A stretch of 64,000 nt of DNA from an uncultured Bacilli bacterium. GTDB taxonomy: Bacteria; Bacillota_I; Bacilli_A; RF39; UBA660. The stretch's first letter is position 1. The number at the start of each line of letters is the position of its first letter. This document shows positions 1 to 10,007 of the stretch, one piece after another. The notes under the pieces were generated by a model. It saw nothing but the letters and a program-made list of their open reading frames with translations. It made no database searches and had not been told where the DNA came from. The stretch covers positions 1,154-65,153 of the forward strand of contig CALVOW010000004.1 of the NCBI GenBank assembly GCA_944350445.1, written 5' to 3'. The translations under genes and the position numbers were made by a program.

Positions 1-2614
1 TCGAACATAGAAAATAACTCTTCATCTGATACTTGATAATATTCTTTTAAATAATTAATTAATTCTTGCTGATATTTTTGAATAACTGCATCACTTTCTA
101 ATAAATCTTCATTATTTTTACCAACAGGGCAAAAAACAATATATTTGCCACCTTTTTTAATATTATTACCAATGATTTTAGCTATACCATCAGCTTCATT
201 TACTACTTTTCTTAATTTATCAAACTTCTCAATAAATTGTTGCTTTTTTTCTTCATCGTCAAGTGAATTTATTTTTTCAAGTAAATTATCAAGGAAACCA
301 TTTTTTTCTTTTAAAGTATATTCACACTGAACTACTTTGGGATTTACAACATAACCTAATTTAATTGCCTCTTCTAAATCCATATTCATAGATAGATGTT
401 CATGTCTTTGAATTTCTTCTTCTAAATAACCAAAATATCTTGCCCATTCAACTGCCATGTTTTTTCCATCCATATCTCGAAGTGGGGTTGCCGTTATACC
501 TAAAACTTTGGTTTCTTTGGTTTGATTTTTTAAAAGTTCTAATATATGCTTATTCCAATCAGTAGCACCTGATCTATGTAATTCATCAAAGATAATTAAA
601 TCATAAGTATGATCAATTATTTCTTTTTGATTAAAACTTAAAAGAGAAGAATAAGTTTTTAATTTTAAATTTGGAAATACTTCTTCAACTATTTGTCTTT
701 TTGTCTTTTTTAAAGTATTACCATGAATATATTCAACAATATTATTTTCTATTTGATTTAATATTTCATCATTTGGAGCTAAATATAAAATCTCTTTATC
801 TTGATATTTTAACATTTCGGCTAAGGCAACAAAACTTTTTCCAGCCCCAGTTGGTAAAACGGCGGTTGTAAATTGATGAGTTTTAAAAGATTTATCAATA
901 TTTTTAACAGCCGTTGCTTGATAACTTCTTAATTTTAATTTTTTAGTATCTTTAACTTTATAATAGCCAAGAAAATCTTCTAATTCTTCCACTGTAAAAG
1001 TTTCATTGATTGAAAAATTATTTAAATCATTTCCTTTAATAACAGTAGTTAATAATATATTAGAAATATCTTTTTCTTTAATACCTCTTATTTTTAAACT
1101 ATTATAAATATTAACAATATCATATTCTTTTAGTTTATTTATAATATCATTTCTTTGTTTAAAAGAAAACTTTACAATTTCTAATTTACTCCAATCAAAT
1201 ATATCAATAATAGCATTAGCATAATAAGTTTCTTTATCAAGGGAATAATATTCAATAGTTTTAAAATTAGTAAAATAATATTTCAAAGCTTCAAGTGGGT
1301 TATTAATAATATAAATTAAATCACGATGATTTAAACTATTTATAAAATTAAATAATTCTTGATTATTATTGGTAAAATCAAGACTAACTGTTTCACTTAC
1401 TTGGTGTTTATTCCTTGTCATTCTTGAAAAAATTTCTGGTTCGATTCCATAAGTATTTTTTAACATATAATCAAAAACTTGATTATATTTAGGATTATTA
1501 TTAGTAATCTTTCTTAAAGATGCTACTATATTAATAGTTCTAAGTTTTGATTTTGATAAATAAAATGATTTTTTATATAATTCAATTGCATCATAAAAAT
1601 TTATTGTTCCATTCGTTAATTCATACATCTTTTCAATTGTATAATCTAAATCGGTATCTAACTTATATGAATCATATTCGAATTTGTCTAATTTATTTAT
1701 ATTATTGTTTATGTAAATGAGTATTTCTTGTTTTAAATCATTTATAATTGATAATTCACGTGGTAATTGTTGTAGTAAAGAAAAAATATCTATAAATTCT
1801 TTTGGTATGCTAATAATATTTTCTTTTTGAATATCACCATAATGAATAAATTCAAGTGAGGAAAAAGCATTTCCTAAGGTTTGAATTAAAAATTTATTAG
1901 AAACATTTGGAATAATTTCTGTTTTTAATAAATCTAATTTAGCAATTATTTTGTTTTTTTCAAAATTTTGTTTATCATTTAAAGCTAGATAATCAAGAGA
2001 TGTTGTATATCTATTTTCAAATTCAATACCACCTTCAAAAAAATCATTATTAAAAGAATTATCAGCAAAAAAAGTTTTTATAGTTTTTATAGCATCATCA
2101 AGGCCTTTTTGCGTTTGTGAATTTTCAATTAAGGCAAGAAAATATTTAATAATCTCGGAAATTTCATTACTATTTAAAAGATATTCAATTCTTTTTTGAA
2201 TTTCTTTAAGCATATAAATTCCAGCATTAACAACATTAGTCTCATTTGATTTAAATTCTTGTTTAGAAATTTTAACAACAGCATATTTATCTCGATAATT
2301 GCCTCGACCATACATTATAGAAATATTTGCATTACTTGATAAAGAAATACAATTAGTATCTTTTCTATGATGCATTTTAACATGATCAAATATTTCTTCT
2401 AATGATAAAGAACTTTCTTTATTATACTTGGGATGTAATGAATAGCGTTCTCTATCCGTTCTTATCCTAATTATGTTATCATTGTTATCTAATGTTATTT
2501 TGTTTTCTATATCATAATTATCTTCCATATTTAAAGCTCGAAAAAAATAATAGTAATTATCATCTTCTATGATATTAAAACTTTCTAAATTAAATATTTC
2601 ATCTAGCATATTCA
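1..2614 (-). CDS. SF2 (DExH / ResIII-like) helicase; N-terminal part of the protein only, the gene runs off the left window edge
   Basis: Minus-strand frame is open from the ATG at 2614 (GAGG just upstream; alternative ATG at 2608) to position 1. It is absent from the ORF track because it has no stop in the window. My translation gives LRSYQ..VLPTGAGKSFVAL (motif I), LIIFDELHRSG (motif II) and GITATPLR (motif III) at about nt 900-480. About 560 aa of unrecognised sequence precede these motifs. Confidence 0.75.
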
Positions 2615-2717
2615 TAACCTCTTATTTTAATTATATTTTCTAATCTAATTTTAGCAAATTGAAAATTAAAAATCTAGATTATTCAAAAAAAAAACTATAC
2701 TATTTAAAATAATATAG

Positions 2718-3338
2718 TTAATTATTAAAAATTTCTTCTTTTGGTTTTATAACAACATAGCGATTTGGCTCTTCACCAGAACTTTCTGTATACACTTTTT
2801 TATTATTAGTTAAGGTATTATGAATAATTCTTCTTTCGTAGGAATTCATGGGATCTAATTTAGCTTCTACTTTTGTTTTAGCAACTTCTCTCGCTATTTG
2901 TTTAGCCATTTTTTCTAAGTTCCATTCTCTTTTTTGTTTATACTCAGAAACATCTAAAACAAATTTAAAATTTTCTCCAATTTCTTTATAAACACTTTGA
3001 CGAATTATGGTATTTAGAGCATTTAAAGTTCTTGCATTCTTGCCAATTAAAACGGCATTGTTATCAGCATAAATAGTAATATTTAAAGATTCCTCGCGTT
3101 TTTTTACTTCCATATTAATATTTAATCCCATCAAAGTTGTTATGTCTTTAACAAGTTCTTTAATATACTCAATGACATCTGATTTCTTTATTACTTCAAT
3201 AACACTTTTTTTATTAAATAATTTATTAGAATTTAATATTTCTTTTATATATAAATTTTCTTCTTGTTCCATTAAATCAGCCATGGCCATATTCTTAGCT
3301 TCTTCATAAGTCTTAGCTTGGTATGTATGTTTTTTCAT
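2718..3338 (-). CDS. jag: Jag/KhpB-type RNA-binding protein (KH + R3H)
   Basis: 206-aa ORF with an R3H-like C-terminus (MNSYERRIIHNTL...EPNRYVVIKP). It overlaps yidC by 4 nt, as in the conserved rnpA-yidC-jag operon. Confidence 0.85.
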   Translation of the reverse strand: MKKHTYQAKTYEEAKNMAMADLMEQEENLYIKEILNSNKLFNKKSVIEVIKKSDVIEYIKELVKDITTLMGLNINMEVKKREESLNITIYADNNAVLIGKNARTLNALNTIIRQSVYKEIGENFKFVLDVSEYKQKREWNLEKMAKQIAREVAKTKVEAKLDPMNSYERRIIHNTLTNNKKVYTESSGEEPNRYVVIKPKEEIFNN

Positions 3339-4351
3339 TTTAGTCTCCTTTTAACAATTAAATTTTGGAAAATAGTAAATAAATTGGTGGTCATCCAATA
3401 AATATCCAAAGCCGTTGACATGAAGATAGAAGTAATAATAATTATAATCGTAAACATATTTGTCATCATTTTTTGTTGACGTTTCATTTCATCACTTGTA
3501 GATACTTGATCAGAAGTAGTTGCTTTGAAAGAGAAATAAGTAGTAACAGCAACTAAGACAACTACTAAAATATACCAATAATTTCCAGTTTGTACTCCAA
3601 CACTTGGAGTTGTACCTAAATGGAAAAATAAAAACTTTTCTTCAAAAATAGCTGGAACACGATTAATAGCTTCTAAAAAGGCTATAAATAAAGGTAATTG
3701 CAAGAATGATAACAAACATCCACTAATTGGATTAACATTATATTTTTTATAAACCATCATCATTTCTTGACTCTTTTGCATCATAACTTCTTTATCATTT
3801 TGATCCTTATTAGCATACTTTTTCTCAATTCTTGCAATTTCAGGATTAGCTTTTTTCATATACTCTGATTGCATAGCTGTTTTTCTGGTAACTGGATAAG
3901 CAATAAGTCTAATTAATAAAGTTGTAATAATTAATCCTACACCATAACTATTAGTAATACGACCAAAGAATAAAATTACATAGGCAAGGGGTTTTACAAA
4001 AATAGTTGTCCATAGGCCTTCATAACCACCTGATGTTATTTTAAAACTTTCACAATCAACTTCTTTGGTTTCAGTTACAGTTGAACCATCTTCTTGTTCA
4101 ACTTCAACTTCAATCGTAACTTTATCACTTTCACAGGTACAATAAGGAAGGGAGTCAATATCAACATTATTTTCTTCGTAAAGTCTTATTGTTTCTTCAT
4201 CAGTTGGTCTACATAAAATATTTTCGGTTAAATTTTGACCAGTTACTTCATTAACAACCACTTTGTTATCTTCATCTTTTAAAGTTTTAGTACAACCTGT
4301 TAACAAAAGGGGAATAAGTAGCAATAATATTATTTTTTTATTTTTCTTCAT
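3335..4351 (-). CDS. yidC: Membrane protein insertase YidC/SpoIIIJ (lipoprotein type)
   Basis: 338-aa ORF with lipobox LLLTGC and a multi-TM Oxa1/YidC core. It lies between rnpA and jag. Confidence 0.9.
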   Translation of the reverse strand: MKKNKKIILLLLIPLLLTGCTKTLKDEDNKVVVNEVTGQNLTENILCRPTDEETIRLYEENNVDIDSLPYCTCESDKVTIEVEVEQEDGSTVTETKEVDCESFKITSGGYEGLWTTIFVKPLAYVILFFGRITNSYGVGLIITTLLIRLIAYPVTRKTAMQSEYMKKANPEIARIEKKYANKDQNDKEVMMQKSQEMMMVYKKYNVNPISGCLLSFLQLPLFIAFLEAINRVPAIFEEKFLFFHLGTTPSVGVQTGNYWYILVVVLVAVTTYFSFKATTSDQVSTSDEMKRQQKMMTNMFTIIIIITSIFMSTALDIYWMTTNLFTIFQNLIVKRRLK

Positions 4352-4694
4352 TTTTCTTTTCCTTTTCTATTTTTTCTATTAAATATATTAAGTTCTCTTC
4401 TAAGATAGAATATTTTTCTAAAAGACAACTCTTTCTTATTATTATAATATAATCTTTTGATTTTGAATAGAGATTTTTATGATTATCCAGAATATTCTTA
4501 ACAATTCGTTTTAAATAATTTCTCTTAACAGCATTACAAACTTTTTTCCCAACAGATATTCCAAACCGATACTTGCCTAAACTATTTTCTTTATAATATA
4601 AAACAAAATAATAATTCTTAACACAATTACCAGTTTTTATAATATTATTAAATTCCTCATTACTTTTTACAACATTTATTTTTTTCATACTCAC
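4338..4694 (-). CDS. rnpA: Ribonuclease P protein component
   Basis: 118-aa basic ORF with RFGISVGKKVCNAVKRNYLKRIV, typical of RnpA. It lies directly downstream of rpmH. Confidence 0.85.
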   Translation of the reverse strand: MSMKKINVVKSNEEFNNIIKTGNCVKNYYFVLYYKENSLGKYRFGISVGKKVCNAVKRNYLKRIVKNILDNHKNLYSKSKDYIIIIRKSCLLEKYSILEENLIYLIEKIEKEKKNEEK

Positions 4695-4725
4695 CTACAA
4701 GAAAAAAACCACAATTAAAATGTGG

Positions 4726-4851
4726 CTATTTTTTAATAATTTCCTTACGACCTTTTCTTCTTCTAGAAGCAATAACGGAAGTTTCAACTCTTGCAAAAAA
4801 ACCATGCTTTTTAGCTCTTTTTCTATTATTTGGTTGATAAGTTCTTTTCAT
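4726..4851 (-). CDS. rpmH: 50S ribosomal protein L34
   Basis: Too short for the ORF track. Minus-strand ATG at 4851 and TAG at 4726-4728. The translation [41 protein letters not shown] fits L34, and a GGAGGTG RBS lies upstream. Confidence 0.9.
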   Translation of the reverse strand: MKRTYQPNNRKRAKKHGFFARVETSVIASRRRKGRKEIIKK

Positions 4852-4922
4852 TTCACACCTCCAAAATTAAAATCTACACTATTATAATAGGAAAATGAGA
4901 TAATTGTCAAACAATTTTTAAT

Positions 4923-5939
4923 TTAATTTTTATTTTTTAATTTTTCTTTGACTATCTTTTGATTTTCTTTATTAAATCCTAAAATAATTTCGGGATTTTT
5001 TTCTTTTAGTTTTTCTAAAATATCTTGTAAAACTTTATCTTTTTCTTTATCTAAATATTTGGTATTAGCAATATCATAATATTTATTATTTTTATCAACT
5101 ACTTTAATATTTTTATTTACAAGCATTCCATTATAACGATATTCATAAGGATAAGCCCAAAGAATATCTTGATATTTTAAAATAATAATACTATTTGATA
5201 AATCAACAACATAATCTTTTGATAAATAAAATTTCATTTTTGAATATGGTTTTTCACGAAGTTCATAAATTTCTGCTCCAATTTTTTCTAATTCCTCATG
5301 AGAAAAATTTTTAAATATTTTTTTATTTTTGAAAAAATTTATTAAATATAAAATTATAAGAACAAGAAATACTATAAATAAAACAAAAGCAGCTATATAA
5401 TACATAGAAGAATCATTAAGATTCGTTTCCATATCTAAATAAATTAACCCAACATAATCTTGAAAGTTTTCATTATTTAAATATTCTTCTTGCATTTCTT
5501 CATTATAAGTTTCAATGGCCAACTCTTTAATATCATCATCTATTTTTTTCGTAATTCCATAAACACGAATTGGCTTCTCAACAATTGAATCAATATTTAA
5601 TTTGTTATAATTACTTGTTGACATATATAATATATATAGATAATCATTAGAATCAACAACGAAATAAAATTTATTATCTTCTTCAACCCCATCAGTTGTA
5701 TAAACAGCAAATAAGTATGGTTGCATATTTACATCAACATAAACCGGAATATTTTCAGCATCACTTCCTTCAGTAATTAAATCATTTAAATTAACTGGAT
5801 CAGGCAAATCTTTTTCACTGTTTCTTATTCCTAAATAAATTAACAAAGCTGCTAATATTAAAGCAATAATCCCAAAGATTAAATATCTTTGATTTTTTTT
5901 AATTGAAGCATTAATTTGCACAGAATTTAAATTTTTCAT
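4923..5939 (-). CDS. Hypothetical membrane protein (two predicted TM segments)
   Basis: 338-aa ORF with hydrophobic stretches YLIFGIIALILAALLIYLGI and YYIAAFVLFIVFLVLIILYLINFF and an AGGTAGG RBS. I recognise no family. Confidence 0.6.
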   Translation of the reverse strand: MKNLNSVQINASIKKNQRYLIFGIIALILAALLIYLGIRNSEKDLPDPVNLNDLITEGSDAENIPVYVDVNMQPYLFAVYTTDGVEEDNKFYFVVDSNDYLYILYMSTSNYNKLNIDSIVEKPIRVYGITKKIDDDIKELAIETYNEEMQEEYLNNENFQDYVGLIYLDMETNLNDSSMYYIAAFVLFIVFLVLIILYLINFFKNKKIFKNFSHEELEKIGAEIYELREKPYSKMKFYLSKDYVVDLSNSIIILKYQDILWAYPYEYRYNGMLVNKNIKVVDKNNKYYDIANTKYLDKEKDKVLQDILEKLKEKNPEIILGFNKENQKIVKEKLKNKN

Positions 5940-6046
5940 AACCTACCTAATTATAAAATTAGTCTCCTTTCTTTTCACATGTAAATATTATCATAAATTT
6001 CCTAAAAAGTAAAACTAGTAATAAAGATTATAAAACACTTTAAAAG

Positions 6047-6324
6047 TTTTCCACAATTTCATATCACTTGACAGTGGAAAACGAAAAAATTAAGCGTTTT
6101 TTTTACTAAAAACATGAGTTTTCCACATATATGTGGAAAACTTTATCCACAATGTGGAAAACTAAATTGTGGAAATTGTGGAAAACTCAAACTCTCCTTG
6201 ATATTAAAGGAAATTATATGTGGAAAACTATGTGGATAACTTGTGGAAAACTTTTTTTAAGAAAAACTTATCCACATAGTTTTCCACAATTTTTTACGAC
6301 TTTTCCACAATAAATTGTGGAAAA
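6047..6324. promoter_or_regulatory. oriC part 1: DnaA-box cluster upstream of dnaA
   Basis: About 15 boxes in both orientations. TTTTCCACA/TGTGGAAAA occur at 6047, 6119, 6132, 6153, 6177, 6219, 6242, 6280, 6301 and 6316. TTATCCACA/TGTGGATAA occur at 6143, 6231 and 6268. One-mismatch copies lie at 6073 and 6168. Confidence 0.88.
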
Positions 6325-6413
6325 CTTTAAAGTGTCAAATTAAGAGGTTTCATCTTTACTTTTTAAAAAGAAAAATGTAGAATATAAATACGAAACTGGT
6401 TGGGAGGTGGATA

Positions 6414-7784
6414 ATGAACAATGAACTCTTATGGAAAAAATTCTTAGAAAACATCAAAAGCAGTGTAAATTCAATGGTTTATACAACTTGGTTTAGTAAA
6501 ACTTATTTACTTTCATTGGATAATAATAAAGCAACAATTATCGTGCCTCTTGATATTCATAAAAAAAGATTATCAGAAAGCTATCAAGATTTAATTACTA
6601 GTGTTTTAACTAAATTAACTGGTAATGTCTATGATTTAGAATTCGTTTTAGAACAAGATGTTAAAGAGAAAAAGGAAATTCCAAAAATAGAAATTAAACA
6701 AGAAAATAATTTTCAAAAAAAATTTCATCATGATTCAAATCTAAATCCTAAATACACTTTTGAAACTTTTATCGTTGGAAATAGTAATAAACTTGCCCAT
6801 GCTGCCGCTTTTGCCGTTGCTGAAAGTCCAGGTTTAACTTATAATCCCTTATTTATATATGGTAATAGTGGCCTTGGCAAAACCCACTTGATGCACTCAA
6901 TTGGAAATTATATTCAAAATACATCTAATAAAAAAGTTTTATATGTTACAAGTGAACAATTTATCTCTGATTTTTCAGGTATTGGAAGAAAAGAAAATGG
7001 TGAAACAGATGAGAACTATAATTATGTTGATTACTTTAAAGACAAATACCGAAATATTGATGTCTTAATCATCGATGACATTCAATTTCTAGCTGGGGCA
7101 ACCCAAACACAACAAGAATTTTTTCACACTTTTAATACTCTTTATAATGATAAAAAACAAATTATTATTTCATCTGATAGATCACCAAATGATTTAAAAC
7201 TCTTAGAAGATCGGCTTAGAACAAGGTTTTGTTGGGGTTTAACAGTTGATATTTATCCACCAGACTTAGAACTTAGAATAAATATCTTAAAGAAAAAAAT
7301 TGATGGAGCCAAAATTGATAAAGATATTCCCGAAGATGTTTTAGAATATATCGCTTCCAATATGACAAGTGATGTTAGGCAATTAGAAGGAGCTATTAAT
7401 AGATTGCTTGCTTATTCAACAATTATGGGGGGAGCCGCAATTAATTTAAATCTCGCGATTGATGCTTTAAAAGACTTTATCAATAAAGGAACAAGTGAAA
7501 AAAACAACATTTCCAAAGTCCAAAAGATTGTCGCTGAATATTTTCAAATCTCAGCTGACGATTTAAAAGGTAAAAAGAGAAGTGCTAGTATTGCTTTTCC
7601 AAGACAAATTGCCATGTTTTTATCCCGAGATGTTTTAAACGAATCATATCAAAGAATAGGTTTAGAATTTGGCGGTCGCGACCACTCAACTGTCATGCAT
7701 TCTTGCGAAAAAATTGAAAGTGATATAAAAACCAATAAAAGTATCCGAGAAACGATTGAAAAAATTAAAAAAAATATTTCCTGA
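6414..7784 (+). CDS. dnaA: Chromosomal replication initiator protein DnaA
   Basis: 456 aa with Walker A GNSGLGKTHL, an AAA+ core and a C-terminal DNA-binding domain (..FGGRDHSTVMHSCEKI..). It is flanked by DnaA-box clusters. Confidence 0.97.
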   Translation: MNNELLWKKFLENIKSSVNSMVYTTWFSKTYLLSLDNNKATIIVPLDIHKKRLSESYQDLITSVLTKLTGNVYDLEFVLEQDVKEKKEIPKIEIKQENNFQKKFHHDSNLNPKYTFETFIVGNSNKLAHAAAFAVAESPGLTYNPLFIYGNSGLGKTHLMHSIGNYIQNTSNKKVLYVTSEQFISDFSGIGRKENGETDENYNYVDYFKDKYRNIDVLIIDDIQFLAGATQTQQEFFHTFNTLYNDKKQIIISSDRSPNDLKLLEDRLRTRFCWGLTVDIYPPDLELRINILKKKIDGAKIDKDIPEDVLEYIASNMTSDVRQLEGAINRLLAYSTIMGGAAINLNLAIDALKDFINKGTSEKNNISKVQKIVAEYFQISADDLKGKKRSASIAFPRQIAMFLSRDVLNESYQRIGLEFGGRDHSTVMHSCEKIESDIKTNKSIRETIEKIKKNIS

Positions 7785-7785
7785 G

Positions 7786-8024
7786 TTTTCCACAATAAAA
7801 TCCTTGCTATATAAGGGTTTGCAAAGTTTTCCACAACTAATTGTGGAAAAGTATGACTTTTTTTTGGAAAAATATCAAAAAAAAGACAAAATATTTCCTT
7901 CAAAAAAAGTTTTCAACATTAAATTGTGGATAACTTTGAGTTTTCCACATAGTTTTCCACAATGGAATTTCTTTGGAAACCGTTGATACATAAGCTTTTA
8001 AAAAGTTTTCCACAGTTTTCCACA
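7786..8024. promoter_or_regulatory. oriC part 2: DnaA-box cluster between dnaA and dnaN
   Basis: Eight perfect boxes at 7786, 7827, 7842, 7925, 7941, 7953, 8006 and 8016 (TTTTCCACA or TGTGGAAAA/TGTGGATAA). Confidence 0.88.
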
Positions 8025-8026
8025 CC

Positions 8027-8080
8027 ATTATTATTATTATTATATATATAAATAAAAAGAAAAATAAAAAAAATTTTAAA
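8027..8080. other. Putative DNA unwinding element with a DnaA-trio-like (ATT)5 tract
   Basis: The tract sits 2 nt after the last DnaA box: ATTATTATTATTATT, then ATATATATA, then an A-rich run of nearly pure A/T up to the dnaN RBS. Confidence 0.55.
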
Positions 8081-8091
8081 GGAGAAAAAAT

Positions 8092-9216
8092 ATGAAAATA
8101 AGAATTAAAAAAGAAATATTATTAGAAAATTTAAATAAAGTATCCAAAGCTTTATCTACTAAAAATTTAATTCCCGTTTTAGCTGGTATTAAATTTGACT
8201 TAACTTTAGATGGTTTAACTTTAACAGCATCTGATAATGATATAACTATTCAAAGTTTTATTCCTAATCAAAATGATGATATGGAAATAGATGAAGAAGG
8301 AAGCATTATCATTCAAGGAAGATATATTTTAGATATTGTTCGTAAGCTTCCAGATAAAATGATAAATTTAGAAGTTTTTGATGAACTTAAAGTTATTATT
8401 TCCACTGAAAATAGTGAATATAATTTAAATGGAATTAATAAAAGTGAATATCCAAACATAAATTTAGAATTAAATAAAAATCCTATCTATTTAAATAGTA
8501 AAGTTTTTAAAGATTTAGTAAATCAAACAGCTTTTGCTGCCTCAACTGATGAATCTCGTCCTCCTTTAACAGGATTAAACTTTAAAATAATTGGTGATAC
8601 CTTAGAATGTAATTGTACAGATTCTTATCGTTTAGCTAGAAAAGTTTTAAAATTAAATAATACAGTGGAAACTGATTATAATATAGTTATTCCAAGTAAA
8701 AATATTATTGAAGTATCTAAATTATTAACTGATGATGACTTAGATATTGAACTTCATATCTTTAATAATAAAATTTTATTTAAATATGATAATATCTTAT
8801 TTCAAAGTCGTTTAATTAACGGAACTTTCCCAAATACAGCTAATTTACTTCCAAAAGAAAGTATGTTAAAAATTACTGTTGATGTTAATGATTTATACAA
8901 TGTTATTGATCGAGTTAGTATTTTAACTAGTGATAAAGAAAAAAATGTTGTAACATTAGAAACTAATGGAAATATTTTGACAATGAAATCATCTAGTGCT
9001 GAAATTGGAAGAGTCGAAGAAAAAATGCATATTTTAAAAGATAAAGATGAAGATATAACAATTTCTTTTAGTGCCCGTTATGTAATGGAAGCTTTAAAAG
9101 TATTAGATACCGAAAAATGTGAAATCTCATTTGTTGGTGAGGTTAATCCGATTATTTTTAAATGTCAAGAAAGTGATGATTTAATTCAACTTGTTTTACC
9201 AATTAGAACTTATTAG
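8092..9216 (+). CDS. dnaN: DNA polymerase III beta sliding clamp
   Basis: 374 aa with a three-domain clamp pattern and the canonical position after dnaA. A GGAG RBS is present. Confidence 0.95.
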   Translation: MKIRIKKEILLENLNKVSKALSTKNLIPVLAGIKFDLTLDGLTLTASDNDITIQSFIPNQNDDMEIDEEGSIIIQGRYILDIVRKLPDKMINLEVFDELKVIISTENSEYNLNGINKSEYPNINLELNKNPIYLNSKVFKDLVNQTAFAASTDESRPPLTGLNFKIIGDTLECNCTDSYRLARKVLKLNNTVETDYNIVIPSKNIIEVSKLLTDDDLDIELHIFNNKILFKYDNILFQSRLINGTFPNTANLLPKESMLKITVDVNDLYNVIDRVSILTSDKEKNVVTLETNGNILTMKSSSAEIGRVEEKMHILKDKDEDITISFSARYVMEALKVLDTEKCEISFVGEVNPIIFKCQESDDLIQLVLPIRTY

Positions 9217-9387
9217 ATTAGCTAAAAAATGACTGAATTTTAAAAATTTGGTCTTTTTTTTATTTTTTTCTTTATTTTTCGACAAAATTCAACAAATTTC
9301 GACAAAACGTTTTGCTATTTTAGGAGGCAAATTTGAGTTTTCCACCAAATTGTGGATAAATTTAAATTTTAGTTTGGGGGTGATGAA

Positions 9388-9840
9388 ATGGAAATTGATT
9401 CTTATGAAATTAATAAGGATACTTGTGCTATTTTAAATTTAAATAATGAAGTTACCAAAGTAGTTGAAAACAATCAAGAATATTTAATACCGAAGACAAC
9501 TTTTGAAGTAATGGAAGATAGCTGTGCTTATTATGGAAGTAGTTATGAAGGAAGACTTAAAGGGACAAAAATGATTTTAGGTTGCAATTATAAATTACCT
9601 ATTATTGTTGAAGAAAGCAATGATTTAATCTTTTTTCCAACTAATGGAACATCAAGTGAAAAGTGCTCTTGGATTTCTTTAAAACATGTTTTAAAATATG
9701 AACCATATAAAGGCTATACAAAAGTAACTTTTACAGAAGGAAGAACAGTTGTTGTTAAAATGTCTTATAATTCGTTTGATATGCAAGTTTTAAGAGCAAC
9801 AAGATTGCAAAATTTAATTAAAAATCGCACTGCAAAATAA
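9388..9840 (+). CDS. comK: ComK-family competence transcription factor homologue
   Basis: 150 aa that aligns by eye block by block with B. subtilis ComK: SYEINKDTCAIL, DSCAYYGSSYEGRLKGT, YKLPIIVEESNDLIFFPT...KCSWISLKHV and VTFTEGRTVVVKMSYNSFDMQV. Confidence 0.8.
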   Translation: MEIDSYEINKDTCAILNLNNEVTKVVENNQEYLIPKTTFEVMEDSCAYYGSSYEGRLKGTKMILGCNYKLPIIVEESNDLIFFPTNGTSSEKCSWISLKHVLKYEPYKGYTKVTFTEGRTVVVKMSYNSFDMQVLRATRLQNLIKNRTAK

Positions 9841-9847
9841 AGAAAAG

Positions 9848-9881
9848 GGATATATGGTGAAGACTATATATCCTTATCTTT
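9848..9881 (+). terminator. Putative rho-independent terminator after comK
   Basis: GGATATAT / ATATATCC 8-bp stem with a 10-nt loop, followed by a T-rich tail. Confidence 0.5.
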
Positions 9882-10007
9882 AAAAAAAATGTCTAAAAGT
9901 GTTTTTTAGGGTTGTTTTAAGGCAATTTTATGGTATAATAACACTTGCAAGTATAGGTATATTACTGAATACAAATATTTGTTTTATTAAGGTTTTTGTG
10001 ATGTTTT

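Noticed and set aside
1-2614. The apparently ORF-free first 2.6 kb as non-coding or pseudogene DNA, and an ADP-ribosyltransferase reading of the N-terminal FFRAL ... SLSS pattern.
   Set aside because: The region is one continuous minus-strand ORF that the track omits for lack of a stop. The ART idea fails because I find no [QE]xE motif at the expected distance after the S-x-S block.
6131-6313. 60-aa ORF with repeated MWKT/LWKL peptides.
   Set aside because: It is a translation artefact of the tandem TGTGGAAAA/TTATCCACA DnaA boxes. It has no RBS and lies inside oriC.
7649-7986. ORFs at 7649-7903 (minus strand) and 7756-7986 (plus strand) spanning the dnaA-dnaN intergenic region.
   Set aside because: They are again generated by DnaA-box repeats (recurrent FPQL/FPHS peptides). 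They overlap the dnaA 3' end and the origin.
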